From positions 32,001 to 96,000 of IMG/VR virus record IMGVR_UViG_3300031963_011573: a stretch of DNA of 64,000 bases; one strand, written 5' to 3'. Below are positions 21,210-30,109 of the stretch, in pieces. The notes beneath the pieces are model-generated. The model was given only the letters and a program-made list of their open reading frames with translations. It had not been told where the DNA came from and searched no databases. Position 1 is the first letter of the stretch, and every line of letters begins with the position of its first letter. The DNA comes from a virus. A program made the position numbers and the translations under genes.

Positions 21210-21832
21210 TGGAAACTTTTACAATGATAACAACTGTCTTAGTAGCACTAATTACAGCTGTTGTAGGACCTATAATTGTTAATTGGTTTAAAATTAAAAT
21301 GGAAAAAAAAGATACCTCTACTCCAATGAGAGATGCTCTTGAAACCTCTACTTTAATTGACACCCAATTAGAACAAATAATGGATGAATTAGAAAGTGAT
21401 CGTATTTGGATAGCCCAATTCCATAATGGAGGCTATTTTTACCCTACAGGCAGATCAATCCAAAAATTCTCCATATTTTATGAAAAATGTACCCCAGAAA
21501 CACCTACCATCCAGAATACATTCCAAAACATTCCTGTATCTTTATTTCCTAGAGTATTATCCAAAATATACAAAGATAATGAATTATCAATTGAGGATGT
21601 AGATATAGAAGAAGATACATATGGTTTAGAATATATAACAACACAATTTGGTACTAAATCAATTTGTATGGTTGGTTTACATAGTTTAGATAATCATTTA
21701 ATAGGTGTATTAGCTATTTCCTTTCAAAACCCACACCATATTACAAAAGATGAATGGATTTATATAAGACAAAAAGTAGGAGTTGTAGGAACACTACTTT
21801 CCGAATATTTATACACGACAACAAAAAAATAA
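21209..21832 (+). CDS. Single-TM protein with GAF-like domain; candidate T4 T-type holin
   Basis: N-terminal TM helix, then DRIWIAQFHNG...SICMVGL...LIGVLAISF GAF-like strands. Confidence 0.55.
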   Translation: METFTMITTVLVALITAVVGPIIVNWFKIKMEKKDTSTPMRDALETSTLIDTQLEQIMDELESDRIWIAQFHNGGYFYPTGRSIQKFSIFYEKCTPETPTIQNTFQNIPVSLFPRVLSKIYKDNELSIEDVDIEEDTYGLEYITTQFGTKSICMVGLHSLDNHLIGVLAISFQNPHHITKDEWIYIRQKVGVVGTLLSEYLYTTTKK

Positions 21833-21834
21833 AA

Positions 21835-22374
21835 ATGGACAATTTTGACTTAAAAAAATTCTTAAAAGAAAGTAAAGCTCTAGAGAATTTAAACCCTATA
21901 CTAAAAAAAGAAAACCTTAGTGAAGGTAACATGCGTGGTAAAATCCGCGAAATGATTTTAGCTGAATTGGGAAACCCAGATGACTATGATTATGATCCAA
22001 ATGATGATTACGGGGATGATGAATCTAGTTATTTTCCTCATATGCAAGGTTTAGAAGATGAACCTGAAAGTGAATTAGAGGAAGCTAAAAAGAAAAAAGA
22101 CGAAGAAGTAGAAGATGTTGAAACAACTGATACTGAAACAACTGATACAACTGAAGAAATGCCTGCTGAGGAAGCGCCTGCTGAAGATGCACCTGCTGAT
22201 GGAGGTGGTTTAGAAGATGTAGCTGCAAACATGGAAGGTACTGAAGGTGAATTAATGGACCATTTAATGAGTGCATTTAAAATTGCTAAAGGTATGAACA
22301 ATGAAAAACTTGAAACACAAGTTGGAAACACACTTAAATTTTTCGTTAGCGAATATATTGGTGGAGGAGAATAG
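21835..22374 (+). CDS. Acidic hypothetical protein (start corrected to 21835, MDNFDLKKFLKE)
   Basis: ATG 2 nt after the previous stop; late motif at 21805-21813; N-terminus matches the 29413 ORF. Confidence 0.75.
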   Translation: MDNFDLKKFLKESKALENLNPILKKENLSEGNMRGKIREMILAELGNPDDYDYDPNDDYGDDESSYFPHMQGLEDEPESELEEAKKKKDEEVEDVETTDTETTDTTEEMPAEEAPAEDAPADGGGLEDVAANMEGTEGELMDHLMSAFKIAKGMNNEKLETQVGNTLKFFVSEYIGGGE

Positions 22375-22405
22375 TAATTAATTAAATCTATATAAAATAA
22401 AATCT

Positions 22406-22579
22406 ATGAACACAACAGAAATTTTAGAAGCAATCAAAGTTGCTGTAGCTGATTTAGAGGCAAACCATGCTAAATCTTCAAAAGCAGCTCGTGGTAGAGC
22501 ACGTAGTGCAGCTAACACAATTAAAAAACTAGCAGCTGAATTTAAAAAGACTTCAACTGCAGAAGACAAAGAAGCATAA
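22406..22579 (+). CDS. Histone H1-like (Hc1-family) small protein, 57 aa (missing from ORF track)
   Basis: MNTTEILEAIKVAVADLEANHAKSSKAARGRARSAANTIKKLAAEFKKTSTAEDKEA; KAA..RAR......K...EF[RK]K.S pattern of Hc1-like proteins. Confidence 0.75.
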   Translation: MNTTEILEAIKVAVADLEANHAKSSKAARGRARSAANTIKKLAAEFKKTSTAEDKEA

Positions 22580-22580
22580 A

Positions 22581-23462
22581 ATGCAAAAAAAAAGAACCGA
22601 AAATTCAATTGAAAAATCCAACGGAACTTCCGTTGGATCTTTTGGTTCTTTAACTGAAGGATTTATCCCAACACCTGAACAATCAAAGGAAATAGTAGAT
22701 AAATTCAAATCCATTATCAACACTCGTTTAGATAAACTATATGATACTAGAGGAGCAGATGGAGAATTATACGCTTATGGCATTGCTGTTAATCAAGTAA
22801 AGAAAAAAGCAGAATCGGGTGCTGAAACACCTGAAGAAACACCAACAGAAGAACCAATGGATAAAGAAACTAAATTAAAAGAAATGATTCAAGCGGCTTT
22901 ATCTAAGCCTTTAAATGAAAAGAAAAAATCTTTCCCTGATTTGACAGGTGATGGTAAAGTAACTCAAGCTGATATTTTAAAAGCACGAGGGGTTGAATTA
23001 GAGGAAGACCTTGATTTAGGTCACCAAGATGATGAACCACACATGCTTAAATCTGATTTATATGATATTGGGAAATATGCTATAGAACTTTATAAAATAG
23101 TTGATCAATTTGAAGGTGAACAAGAAGTTGATTTCCCACACTGGTGGCAAGCAAAAATTGTTAAAGCCAAAGAACTTATATCTTCAGCAAAACATTATCT
23201 TGAATTTGAGATAAAAGAACCTCAAATCGATGCTATGGTAGATGTAGTTTCTGAAGAAGATGTAATTGATGAAAAATTAAAACCTTCTATGGGTGCAGGA
23301 GCATATGTTAAAGATTTTGAAAAATCTGAAGCACCTCAATTTAAAGGTAAATCTGAAAAGAAAAAACAAAAAATGGCGGTAGCTGCTTATCTGTCTGCTA
23401 AAGATAAAACTAAGAAAAAAATAAAAGAAGCTATTTTAGCTAAATTTAAAAATAAACAATGA
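22581..23462 (+). CDS. Hypothetical modular protein with an EF-hand/dockerin-like loop
   Basis: DLTGDGKVTQADIL loop; modules separated by LxE sites; start uncertain. Confidence 0.6.
   Translation: MQKKRTENSIEKSNGTSVGSFGSLTEGFIPTPEQSKEIVDKFKSIINTRLDKLYDTRGADGELYAYGIAVNQVKKKAESGAETPEETPTEEPMDKETKLKEMIQAALSKPLNEKKKSFPDLTGDGKVTQADILKARGVELEEDLDLGHQDDEPHMLKSDLYDIGKYAIELYKIVDQFEGEQEVDFPHWWQAKIVKAKELISSAKHYLEFEIKEPQIDAMVDVVSEEDVIDEKLKPSMGAGAYVKDFEKSEAPQFKGKSEKKKQKMAVAAYLSAKDKTKKKIKEAILAKFKNKQ
22616..22643 (+). terminator. Strong hairpin/terminator downstream of the Hc1-like gene
   Basis: ATCCAACGGA-ACT-TCCGTTGGAT, a perfect 10-bp stem followed by CTTTT. Confidence 0.55.
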
Positions 23463-23923
23463 CCCGCAACCAACTAAAAGATAGAATTAGAAACCTAGTA
23501 AAACAATCATATTCCCAACAAACTATTACCCCAGAGGAAGCTGTTCAATATGATGAGTTAACTAAATTTCCTGAACTGAAAAAAGTTATAGTTGATTTAT
23601 TGACAAACGAATATGATAATTTTTTGGAATCTATTGATTGGGTTGCTCCACGTCCTACTACATTTAGAATTAACTTAAAAAACGGACAAGAATTTTATCT
23701 AATTTATGGTAAACGCAGTTGGATTGCCCAAATAGAAGGCAAAAAATATTATCTAAAAAACCTCCCAGAAGAACAACGTGCGGCAGAATCTATAGCTCAA
23801 ATTTTGAGATATGGAACCCCTGAGAAAAAATCTGAAGAAGAATTTGAACCAGAAGCTGGAGCAGAAACTCCACCTGCTGAAGAAACACCACCAGCTGAAG
23901 AAACACCACCAACAGAAGCATAA
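23459..23923 (+). CDS. Hypothetical protein with ETPPAE x3 tail
   Basis: ORF track; 18-bp tandem repeats near 23864-23917. Confidence 0.75.
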   Translation: MTRNQLKDRIRNLVKQSYSQQTITPEEAVQYDELTKFPELKKVIVDLLTNEYDNFLESIDWVAPRPTTFRINLKNGQEFYLIYGKRSWIAQIEGKKYYLKNLPEEQRAAESIAQILRYGTPEKKSEEEFEPEAGAETPPAEETPPAEETPPTEA

Positions 23924-24810
23924 TGGATATTTTAGAAAAATTTTTAAATAGTATAGCTTACAAGTTTCCTAAAGGATATCCTGATATGAAGGATCCTAAC
24001 GATGTTGAATTGCTTCATAAGTTATTAAATGAAGTAATTGATTTAGAAGAATTAAAAACCAAACCTCATTGGGATGAACGAATTAAGGAAAGAGGTACTA
24101 TATTAGATATAATTAGTTTTCCTAAAGATTATCCTTTATCTAAACAAGAAGTTATTAAACAAATTGAAGATGAACTTAATAGGAGAGCTATCAATTTAGA
24201 AAAACTTAAAGAAGTTCCATTATCTCTTCCATATAAAATAGGATACAAATTATTCAAACCACTACTTAATTATAACGGGAAAAATATATCTCTTGATTTA
24301 AAAGTTGAATATACTGTTAAAGGTATTAAAAAAATAGGAATAGGGAACTCATTTGTGGCTGTAATAAATAATGATACATTAATTACTTTACTATTATTAC
24401 CAAGTGATGATAATCCTACTATAGAATTATCTTTAGAAAAGCACGAAGAAAGAGAATATGGAAAACCTAAACCAATAAAAATAATTTCTTCAAGTAATTA
24501 TGAATTTATCATTACTCCTAAACCAGAAAGCTCTCAATTAATTAAAATTACAGATCTACCATATAAAGTAAAAACTTCATATCGTCCTGGAACAACTTTT
24601 ACTCATGACAAATATGGAACTGGAACTATTATAGCAGCAGCCTCCGCTGGGACTAGATCAGGTGAGCCTGATAGTAGAGGAATAGTCGATTGGGTTGAAG
24701 TAGATTTTGGTAAACCATATGTTTTAGGCGGGCAATTTAAAAAAACAAGAACTATAAAAGACGTATATACTTCAATTTCTCCTGACTTAGACTCCCCAGC
24801 AGCTGAATAA
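23923..24810 (+). CDS. Hypothetical protein (N-terminal YKFPKGYPD module)
   Basis: ORF track; ends in PAAE. Confidence 0.75.
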   Translation: MDILEKFLNSIAYKFPKGYPDMKDPNDVELLHKLLNEVIDLEELKTKPHWDERIKERGTILDIISFPKDYPLSKQEVIKQIEDELNRRAINLEKLKEVPLSLPYKIGYKLFKPLLNYNGKNISLDLKVEYTVKGIKKIGIGNSFVAVINNDTLITLLLLPSDDNPTIELSLEKHEEREYGKPKPIKIISSSNYEFIITPKPESSQLIKITDLPYKVKTSYRPGTTFTHDKYGTGTIIAAASAGTRSGEPDSRGIVDWVEVDFGKPYVLGGQFKKTRTIKDVYTSISPDLDSPAAE

Positions 24811-24813
24811 GTA

Positions 24814-24845
24814 TTTGGTTTTATAAAAAACTTTTCTTATATTTA
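24814..24845 (+). promoter_or_regulatory. Bacteroidota-type housekeeping promoter
   Basis: TTTG at 24814-17, 20-nt spacer, TATATTTA at 24838-45. Confidence 0.6.
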
Positions 24846-24866
24846 AATCAAACTTCAAAATAAATT

Positions 24867-25964
24867 ATGGAAGAAAACTCAAAAGTTATATCATCAGAAA
24901 TTACTAATCGTGTAATTACAGTAGAAGATCTTTTAAATATATATAATGTATCTTTAGATAAATGGGAAATTGAAAAACAAATCCTCAACACATGGGAAGT
25001 TGGTGCGAAAGGACCAGATAATAAAATTGTTACTACTCCTTTATTTCAAGTAAAAGTTTGGTTAAAAAATAAACAAACTGAAATATTAAAAAATATTCGA
25101 GAAGAATTTATTGAAGATATTAAAAAATTATCTCCTAAAGTTGAAAAAATAAACTATAAACAAAAAGTAGATAAATACCCATTATTATTAGAAATTAATA
25201 TATTTGATTTACATTTAGGTAAAATAGCATGGTCTGAAGAAACTAACCATGATTATAATTTAGAAATAGCAAGTACTATATTTAACCAATGTATAAATGA
25301 ATTTATTGAAGAAACATCTAATAAAAATATAGACCGTATAGTTTTCCCTGTAGGAAATGATTTTTTTAACTCAGACAGATCTCATCCTTTTAATAGTACA
25401 ACTAAAGGCACACCACAAGAAGAAGACGCTAGATGGCAAAAAACATTTAGGTTAGGACGTCAATTATTAGTAGAAGCTATAAATAAACTTCAATATATTG
25501 CCCCTGTAGATGTGATTATGATTCCTGGTAATCATGATTTTGAAAGGAATTTTTATTTAGGTGATTCATTAGAAAGTTGGTTTTACAACAATGAAAATGT
25601 AACTGTAGATAATTCTGCAAATCCTAGAAAATATTATAAATACGGTGAAGTATTAATTGGTTATACGCATGGTAATGAAGAGAAAATAACTGATTTACCT
25701 TTAATTATGGCTAATGAAAAACCAACAGATTGGGCATTATCAACTTATAGAGAATTCCATTTAGGTCACTTACACCATAAAAAAGAAATTAAATTCAAAT
25801 CCACAGAAGAATACCAAGGAGTAATCATTAGATATTTCAATTCATTATCAGGTTCCGACTCATGGCATCATAAAAAAGGATACGTTGGAGCTAAACGTTC
25901 TGCTGAAGCATTACTCTGGGATAAAACTAAAGGTTTAAAAAATAATATCTATTTTACTTTATGA
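24867..25964 (+). CDS. Calcineurin-like metallophosphoesterase
   Basis: DLHLG, GNDFF, GNHD, HG, GHLH motifs in canonical order. Confidence 0.88.
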   Translation: MEENSKVISSEITNRVITVEDLLNIYNVSLDKWEIEKQILNTWEVGAKGPDNKIVTTPLFQVKVWLKNKQTEILKNIREEFIEDIKKLSPKVEKINYKQKVDKYPLLLEINIFDLHLGKIAWSEETNHDYNLEIASTIFNQCINEFIEETSNKNIDRIVFPVGNDFFNSDRSHPFNSTTKGTPQEEDARWQKTFRLGRQLLVEAINKLQYIAPVDVIMIPGNHDFERNFYLGDSLESWFYNNENVTVDNSANPRKYYKYGEVLIGYTHGNEEKITDLPLIMANEKPTDWALSTYREFHLGHLHHKKEIKFKSTEEYQGVIIRYFNSLSGSDSWHHKKGYVGAKRSAEALLWDKTKGLKNNIYFTL

Positions 25965-26473
25965 AACCAGCAGATTTAGTTACACCTGAATTAATTCAAT
26001 ATTGTATTCAATTTAACACAATAGTGGTTTTAGGTTACACTAAAACAGGTAAACTTCCAATAGCTAAAAAAATTGCCCAAGAATTAGATCGTCCTTTATT
26101 TATTTCTGATGAGTATTTAGAATTAAAAGATCCATTAGATGCTTTTATGAGTGATGTTACTTGGCATCAAAGAAGAGGAAATCAAATAGTAATTGAAGGT
26201 ACTTTATGTTTTAGATTATTAAGAAAAGGTTTAGAATTATCTAATTTTAATACTGATTTAATTATCAAAACTAAATGTAATGATGAAACAATAAAACATT
26301 TTTATAGAATAGATGGTGAGGAATCTAAAATTAAACGAGCTCTCTCATTTAATCAAGGTTTAAATAAAATATGGGATGAATATAGAGGAATATTACAAAC
26401 TAAAACATATAATGAAATCCCTAAATTTATAGAATTAGAAACCACACTCCCTGAATATTCGTATTTCTCATAA
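25961..26473 (+). CDS. P-loop kinase-like protein
   Basis: VVLGYTKTGKL degenerate Walker A; IVIEG strand typical of NMP-kinase folds. Confidence 0.55.
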   Translation: MKPADLVTPELIQYCIQFNTIVVLGYTKTGKLPIAKKIAQELDRPLFISDEYLELKDPLDAFMSDVTWHQRRGNQIVIEGTLCFRLLRKGLELSNFNTDLIIKTKCNDETIKHFYRIDGEESKIKRALSFNQGLNKIWDEYRGILQTKTYNEIPKFIELETTLPEYSYFS

Positions 26474-26481
26474 TATTTATT
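26473..26481 (+). promoter_or_regulatory. Putative late promoter ATATTTATT
   Basis: Motif 8 nt before ATG 26490. Confidence 0.6.
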
Positions 26482-26489
26482 AACATATT

Positions 26490-26948
26490 ATGATTAAATT
26501 AATTAATTTACTCAAAGAAATTACTGGGTTCTCAAATTGGAAAATACCTTCCTCGTCTCAACTTAAACAAGAGTTTAAGATAGAACAAGAAATGAAGGGT
26601 AATGAATTTTGGGAAGATGAAGAAGCTTTTTTAAATGCTGTTAAAAACGGTAAAATTGTAACTGTTACTCCTTCTGAAGATCAAGATATAGATTATAGAA
26701 GCGGAACCGAATCATATGAAGAACTTTTAGGTCTTATTAAATCATATCGATCATATCCTGAATTTAGAAATGAAAAAACATTGCAATCTATTTATGATGG
26801 ATTTAAAAATAATTCTCCTATGGATTTACCGATAATTATAGAAGACGATAACGGGTATAGAAGAATTTTTTCTGGGAATACAAGAATGGATATAGCTTTT
26901 CAATTAGGTATAAACCCGAAAGTATTACTCATTAAAGGAGATTTATGA
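26490..26948 (+). CDS. ParB/sulfiredoxin-like domain protein with N-terminal KLINLLKE motif
   Basis: LPIIIE...RRIFSGNTRMDIAFQLG matches the ParB-N P-I-I-V...[DS]G[HN]xR pattern. Confidence 0.6.
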   Translation: MIKLINLLKEITGFSNWKIPSSSQLKQEFKIEQEMKGNEFWEDEEAFLNAVKNGKIVTVTPSEDQDIDYRSGTESYEELLGLIKSYRSYPEFRNEKTLQSIYDGFKNNSPMDLPIIIEDDNGYRRIFSGNTRMDIAFQLGINPKVLLIKGDL

Positions 26949-27514
26949 TTAGATTAGTAGATTTATTAAAAGAAATAAACGAGGCCAAACAAGTAGGAGA
27001 CATCTATCATTTTACTGATACTGATACTATAACCTCTATGATCAAAGATTATGGAGGCATAACCTTAGACCCTTCATTCTCTAGCTTTGCAGCAGATAAG
27101 TACTATTCCTTTACCAGAAACCCCAACTTAGGCACTCTTTCAGAAGAAAAACACCACGTTAGAATAAAACTTAATGGAGATAAAATGTCCAATAAATATA
27201 AATTTGAGCCATATGCTGATTTAGAAAGTGGTGAAGATTTATACTCTAAAAACGCTCCTAATTATGAATCTGAAGAACGAATTAATTCTAAAAAATATGG
27301 AGAAATAAATTTAACTCCATATATTGAAGAAATAACTATCATTAGTCCTGATAGTTTTAAAGAATATCTTGAAAGTTATCATTCTGGTACTAAATATTAT
27401 GATGAAATATTAAATGATTATAATTTTGTTTTAGATTGGATTAAATCTAAAAATATACCTCTTAAATTCTCCCAAGCTAGATCCACATCCTCCATTAGGA
27501 GAGCAGCTGAATAA
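26945..27514 (+). CDS. ADP-ribosyltransferase-fold candidate with N-terminal RLVDLLKE motif
   Basis: IYHFT, YSFTR and ESEER motifs in the order of ART strands 1, 2 and 5. Confidence 0.45.
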   Translation: MIRLVDLLKEINEAKQVGDIYHFTDTDTITSMIKDYGGITLDPSFSSFAADKYYSFTRNPNLGTLSEEKHHVRIKLNGDKMSNKYKFEPYADLESGEDLYSKNAPNYESEERINSKKYGEINLTPYIEEITIISPDSFKEYLESYHSGTKYYDEILNDYNFVLDWIKSKNIPLKFSQARSTSSIRRAAE

Positions 27515-27525
27515 TATTTATTAAT

Positions 27526-28635
27526 ATGGAACGTTTACGACAACTTATAAAAGAAGTACTTTCAACTCCACCTAAAAAAGATAGCTGTAATTGTGGTTGT
27601 CATGATTGTGATAATGTAGGTAATACTGGTGTAGTATTAAATGAAAGTTTAGTTAAAAAAGATATATTGTCGGAAAATCTGCGTTATCACGTGGATAATA
27701 AACTACCACTAACTGAAAACACATTCCGTTATGGTTCTCAAGCATTCCTTGATTTATGGTCGGAAGCTCGTTATTTATATTTACGTGAAATAATTCATGT
27801 AAATGATGATGATAAAGAAATTTTACTTGAAACTAATTTAGGTGAATATGGAATGTATGAAGGTAACAAAGTACCTTTAGATTTACCTATGTTAGAGGAA
27901 AACCAATACCAACCTATCTTAGAAGATATTAAGATGTATGGTAAAATATACGAGGCTGTAAATATAGAAAATTCCTACAAACTAGATGATATTAAATCAA
28001 ACGAAGTAGGAAATGAATTTATTTTTACAGATAAACATGGTATTAAACGTAAATTGATGTTTTTAAGAGGAAATAGCGTTAAATTGTTATGGTTTAACCC
28101 CACCACTCAAGAATGGACAACAGACGATATTCCTAGTAAATATGAAGATGAAAAAGTAATGAATACTTTTGGTATGTTATTAGTTAAAGTAATATTACCA
28201 AAATATGGTTCATTTAATTTTCAAGCTTTAAATGCCGCTCGTTACCGTTTATTTAGAGCATTAATCTATAATAATTTAGACACTTCAAAATATGAAATGG
28301 ATTATGACGATGAAAACAAATCAATTGAAGTTCATCAAATAGATACATTAACAGAAGAAGATAAAAAGAAAACTCCACCAATTGGAAAACCAAAACGTGG
28401 TGGATCTAAAAAATTCTACGTTTATGTTAGAAATAAAGGTAAAGTTAAAAAAGTATCTTTTGGACAAGTAGGAATGTCTGCTAAAATAAATGACCCTAAA
28501 GCACGCAGAGCATTTGCTGCACGTCACGATTGTAAAAATAAAACAGATAGAACTAAACCTTCATATTGGAGTTGTAGGCTTCCAAGGTACGCATCTTTAT
28601 TAGGTCTAAAAAGTTCTTTTAGCGGTTTCTGGTAA
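27526..28635 (+). CDS. Modular hypothetical protein with basic C-terminal domain (KKFYVYV..VSFG..RRAFAARHDC..YWSC)
   Basis: Late motif at 27514-22; N-terminal RLRQLIKE; CNCGCHDC cluster; several LxE sites. Confidence 0.75.
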   Translation: MERLRQLIKEVLSTPPKKDSCNCGCHDCDNVGNTGVVLNESLVKKDILSENLRYHVDNKLPLTENTFRYGSQAFLDLWSEARYLYLREIIHVNDDDKEILLETNLGEYGMYEGNKVPLDLPMLEENQYQPILEDIKMYGKIYEAVNIENSYKLDDIKSNEVGNEFIFTDKHGIKRKLMFLRGNSVKLLWFNPTTQEWTTDDIPSKYEDEKVMNTFGMLLVKVILPKYGSFNFQALNAARYRLFRALIYNNLDTSKYEMDYDDENKSIEVHQIDTLTEEDKKKTPPIGKPKRGGSKKFYVYVRNKGKVKKVSFGQVGMSAKINDPKARRAFAARHDCKNKTDRTKPSYWSCRLPRYASLLGLKSSFSGFW

Positions 28636-28650
28636 TAAAAAATTAAATTT

Positions 28651-28809
28651 ATGAAAAAATCTGAATTAAAACAACTTATCAAAGAAGAAATTATCCAACA
28701 AAAACTTTTAGAGGAAAAAAATAAAAAAGCCTCTAAAATTAACCAGAATCTTTCAAATTTGATAGAAAAAATGAAAAAAGACTTCAATATAGAAGATGAG
28801 CGATTTTGA
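28651..28809 (+). CDS. Small 52-aa protein beginning MKKSELKQLIKEEI (missing from ORF track)
   Basis: Manual translation to TGA 28807-09; A-rich leader; carries the shared N-terminal motif. Confidence 0.7.
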   Translation: MKKSELKQLIKEEIIQQKLLEEKNKKASKINQNLSNLIEKMKKDFNIEDERF

Positions 28810-29410
28810 TAAAATAAAACCTTTACAAAATAAAATAGATACTCTTTTACTAGATATAAAAGATGTAAAACCTAATCTATATGAAGACTATTCAAACATA
28901 GTTGATTATTCTATAAATGGTTTTATTGATTTGGGAGCTGAATATATTAAAAACAACCCACAAGAATTTGAAATTTTTCTAAAAAAATTAAATGACATTA
29001 TTAAAATATTAATATTTATTAAAACTAAAGAAAACATTCAAGAGGAAAAAGAAAAACGCGATAGGTGTTTACGTATTGCAGATCGCAAATACGATAAACC
29101 ATCCGCTTACAAATCTGGTGCTGTTGTTAAGTGTCGTAAAGGTATGATTTGGAAAGGTTTAAAAGAAGAAGTAATTCTTGAAAAAGTAAAAGAAACCCTC
29201 CGCACTTGGTTTTCCCGTAAAGGAACACCTGGTAAAAAAGGTGGATGGGTTGATTGTAATGCACCTATTAAAAAAGATGGCAAAATAACAGGATATAAAT
29301 CATGCGGTAGAGAAGAAGGAGAAAAACGCTCAAAATACCCTTCATGTCGTCCTACACCTTCACAATGTAAAACACCTGGTAAAGGTACTAAATGGGGTAA
29401 AACAAAATAG
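28796..29410 (+). CDS. Hypothetical protein with two Cys-containing basic modules
   Basis: DRC..PSAYKSGAVVKCRK and LRTWF..GWVDC..SCGR..KYPSCRP modules. Confidence 0.7.
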   Translation: MSDFDKIKPLQNKIDTLLLDIKDVKPNLYEDYSNIVDYSINGFIDLGAEYIKNNPQEFEIFLKKLNDIIKILIFIKTKENIQEEKEKRDRCLRIADRKYDKPSAYKSGAVVKCRKGMIWKGLKEEVILEKVKETLRTWFSRKGTPGKKGGWVDCNAPIKKDGKITGYKSCGREEGEKRSKYPSCRPTPSQCKTPGKGTKWGKTK

Positions 29411-29412
29411 AT

Positions 29413-29853
29413 ATGGATAACTTTGATTTAAGAAAATATTTAGCTGAAGGTAAATTATATGAAGCAGCTATGGCTTGTCCTTTACCTACCCAAGATTTAG
29501 AACTTAACACCAAAAATAGAGACTCAGCTATTAAAGCAGATTATATTAAATATGGTCCTTTAAATGTTGATGAACCTGGAGATTATTGGGACGAATTAGC
29601 AGAACATTGGGATACAACAGTTGAAGCTGCTAAACAATCTTTATGTGCAAATTGTGCAGCATTTGATATTTCCCCAAGAATGGAAGATTGTATGCCTGGA
29701 CCATTACAAGATGAAGATGGAAAATTAGGATATTGTTGGATGCATAGTTTTAAGTGCCATTCAGCTCGTACTTGTAGGACATGGGCTAAAGGTGGTCCTA
29801 TTACACAAGATAGTATATCTTATGATTGGCAAGAGCGTAAAGAAAGTGAGTAA
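29413..29853 (+). CDS. Cys-rich (metal-binding) protein with MDNFDLRKYLAE N-terminus
   Basis: CANCAAF...GYC.....C....TC..W. Confidence 0.75.
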   Translation: MDNFDLRKYLAEGKLYEAAMACPLPTQDLELNTKNRDSAIKADYIKYGPLNVDEPGDYWDELAEHWDTTVEAAKQSLCANCAAFDISPRMEDCMPGPLQDEDGKLGYCWMHSFKCHSARTCRTWAKGGPITQDSISYDWQERKESE

Positions 29854-30109
29854 ACCATACATTGACATAGAAGTTACAGACAAATATATTATTCGTGAGT
29901 TTAACGAAAATATAGATCCAATTGAATTAAAATGGCATAGGGATTTAGAGAGTCGTACTGTTGAAATTTTAGAAGATACAGATTGGAAACTTCAATTAGA
30001 TAATAGCTTGCCTACCTCACTAAAAGAACATATATTTATACCTGCATTAGAATGGCATCGTGTAATAAAAGGAACAGGAACATTAAAGTTAAAAATACAT
30101 AAATTATGA
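29846..30109 (+). CDS. Small cupin-like protein (probable GTG start at 29846)
   Basis: LKWHRD.E and IFIP..EWHRVIKG cupin-like motifs. Confidence 0.65.
   Translation: MSKPYIDIEVTDKYIIREFNENIDPIELKWHRDLESRTVEILEDTDWKLQLDNSLPTSLKEHIFIPALEWHRVIKGTGTLKLKIHKL

Noticed and set aside
21754-21834. ORF-track upstream starts at 21754, 29792, 34669 and 44239
   Set aside because: They overlap upstream genes or a terminator; downstream starts at 21835, 29846, 34711 and 44305 fit gene packing and N-terminal motifs better
22378-22608. 76-aa minus-strand ORF
   Set aside because: Antisense of the better-supported Hc1-like gene at 22406-22579
28651-29410. Programmed frameshift joining the 28651 mini-ORF to 28796
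   Set aside because: 28796 has its own ATG overlapping the upstream stop region and no clear slippery site at the junction; translational coupling is simpler
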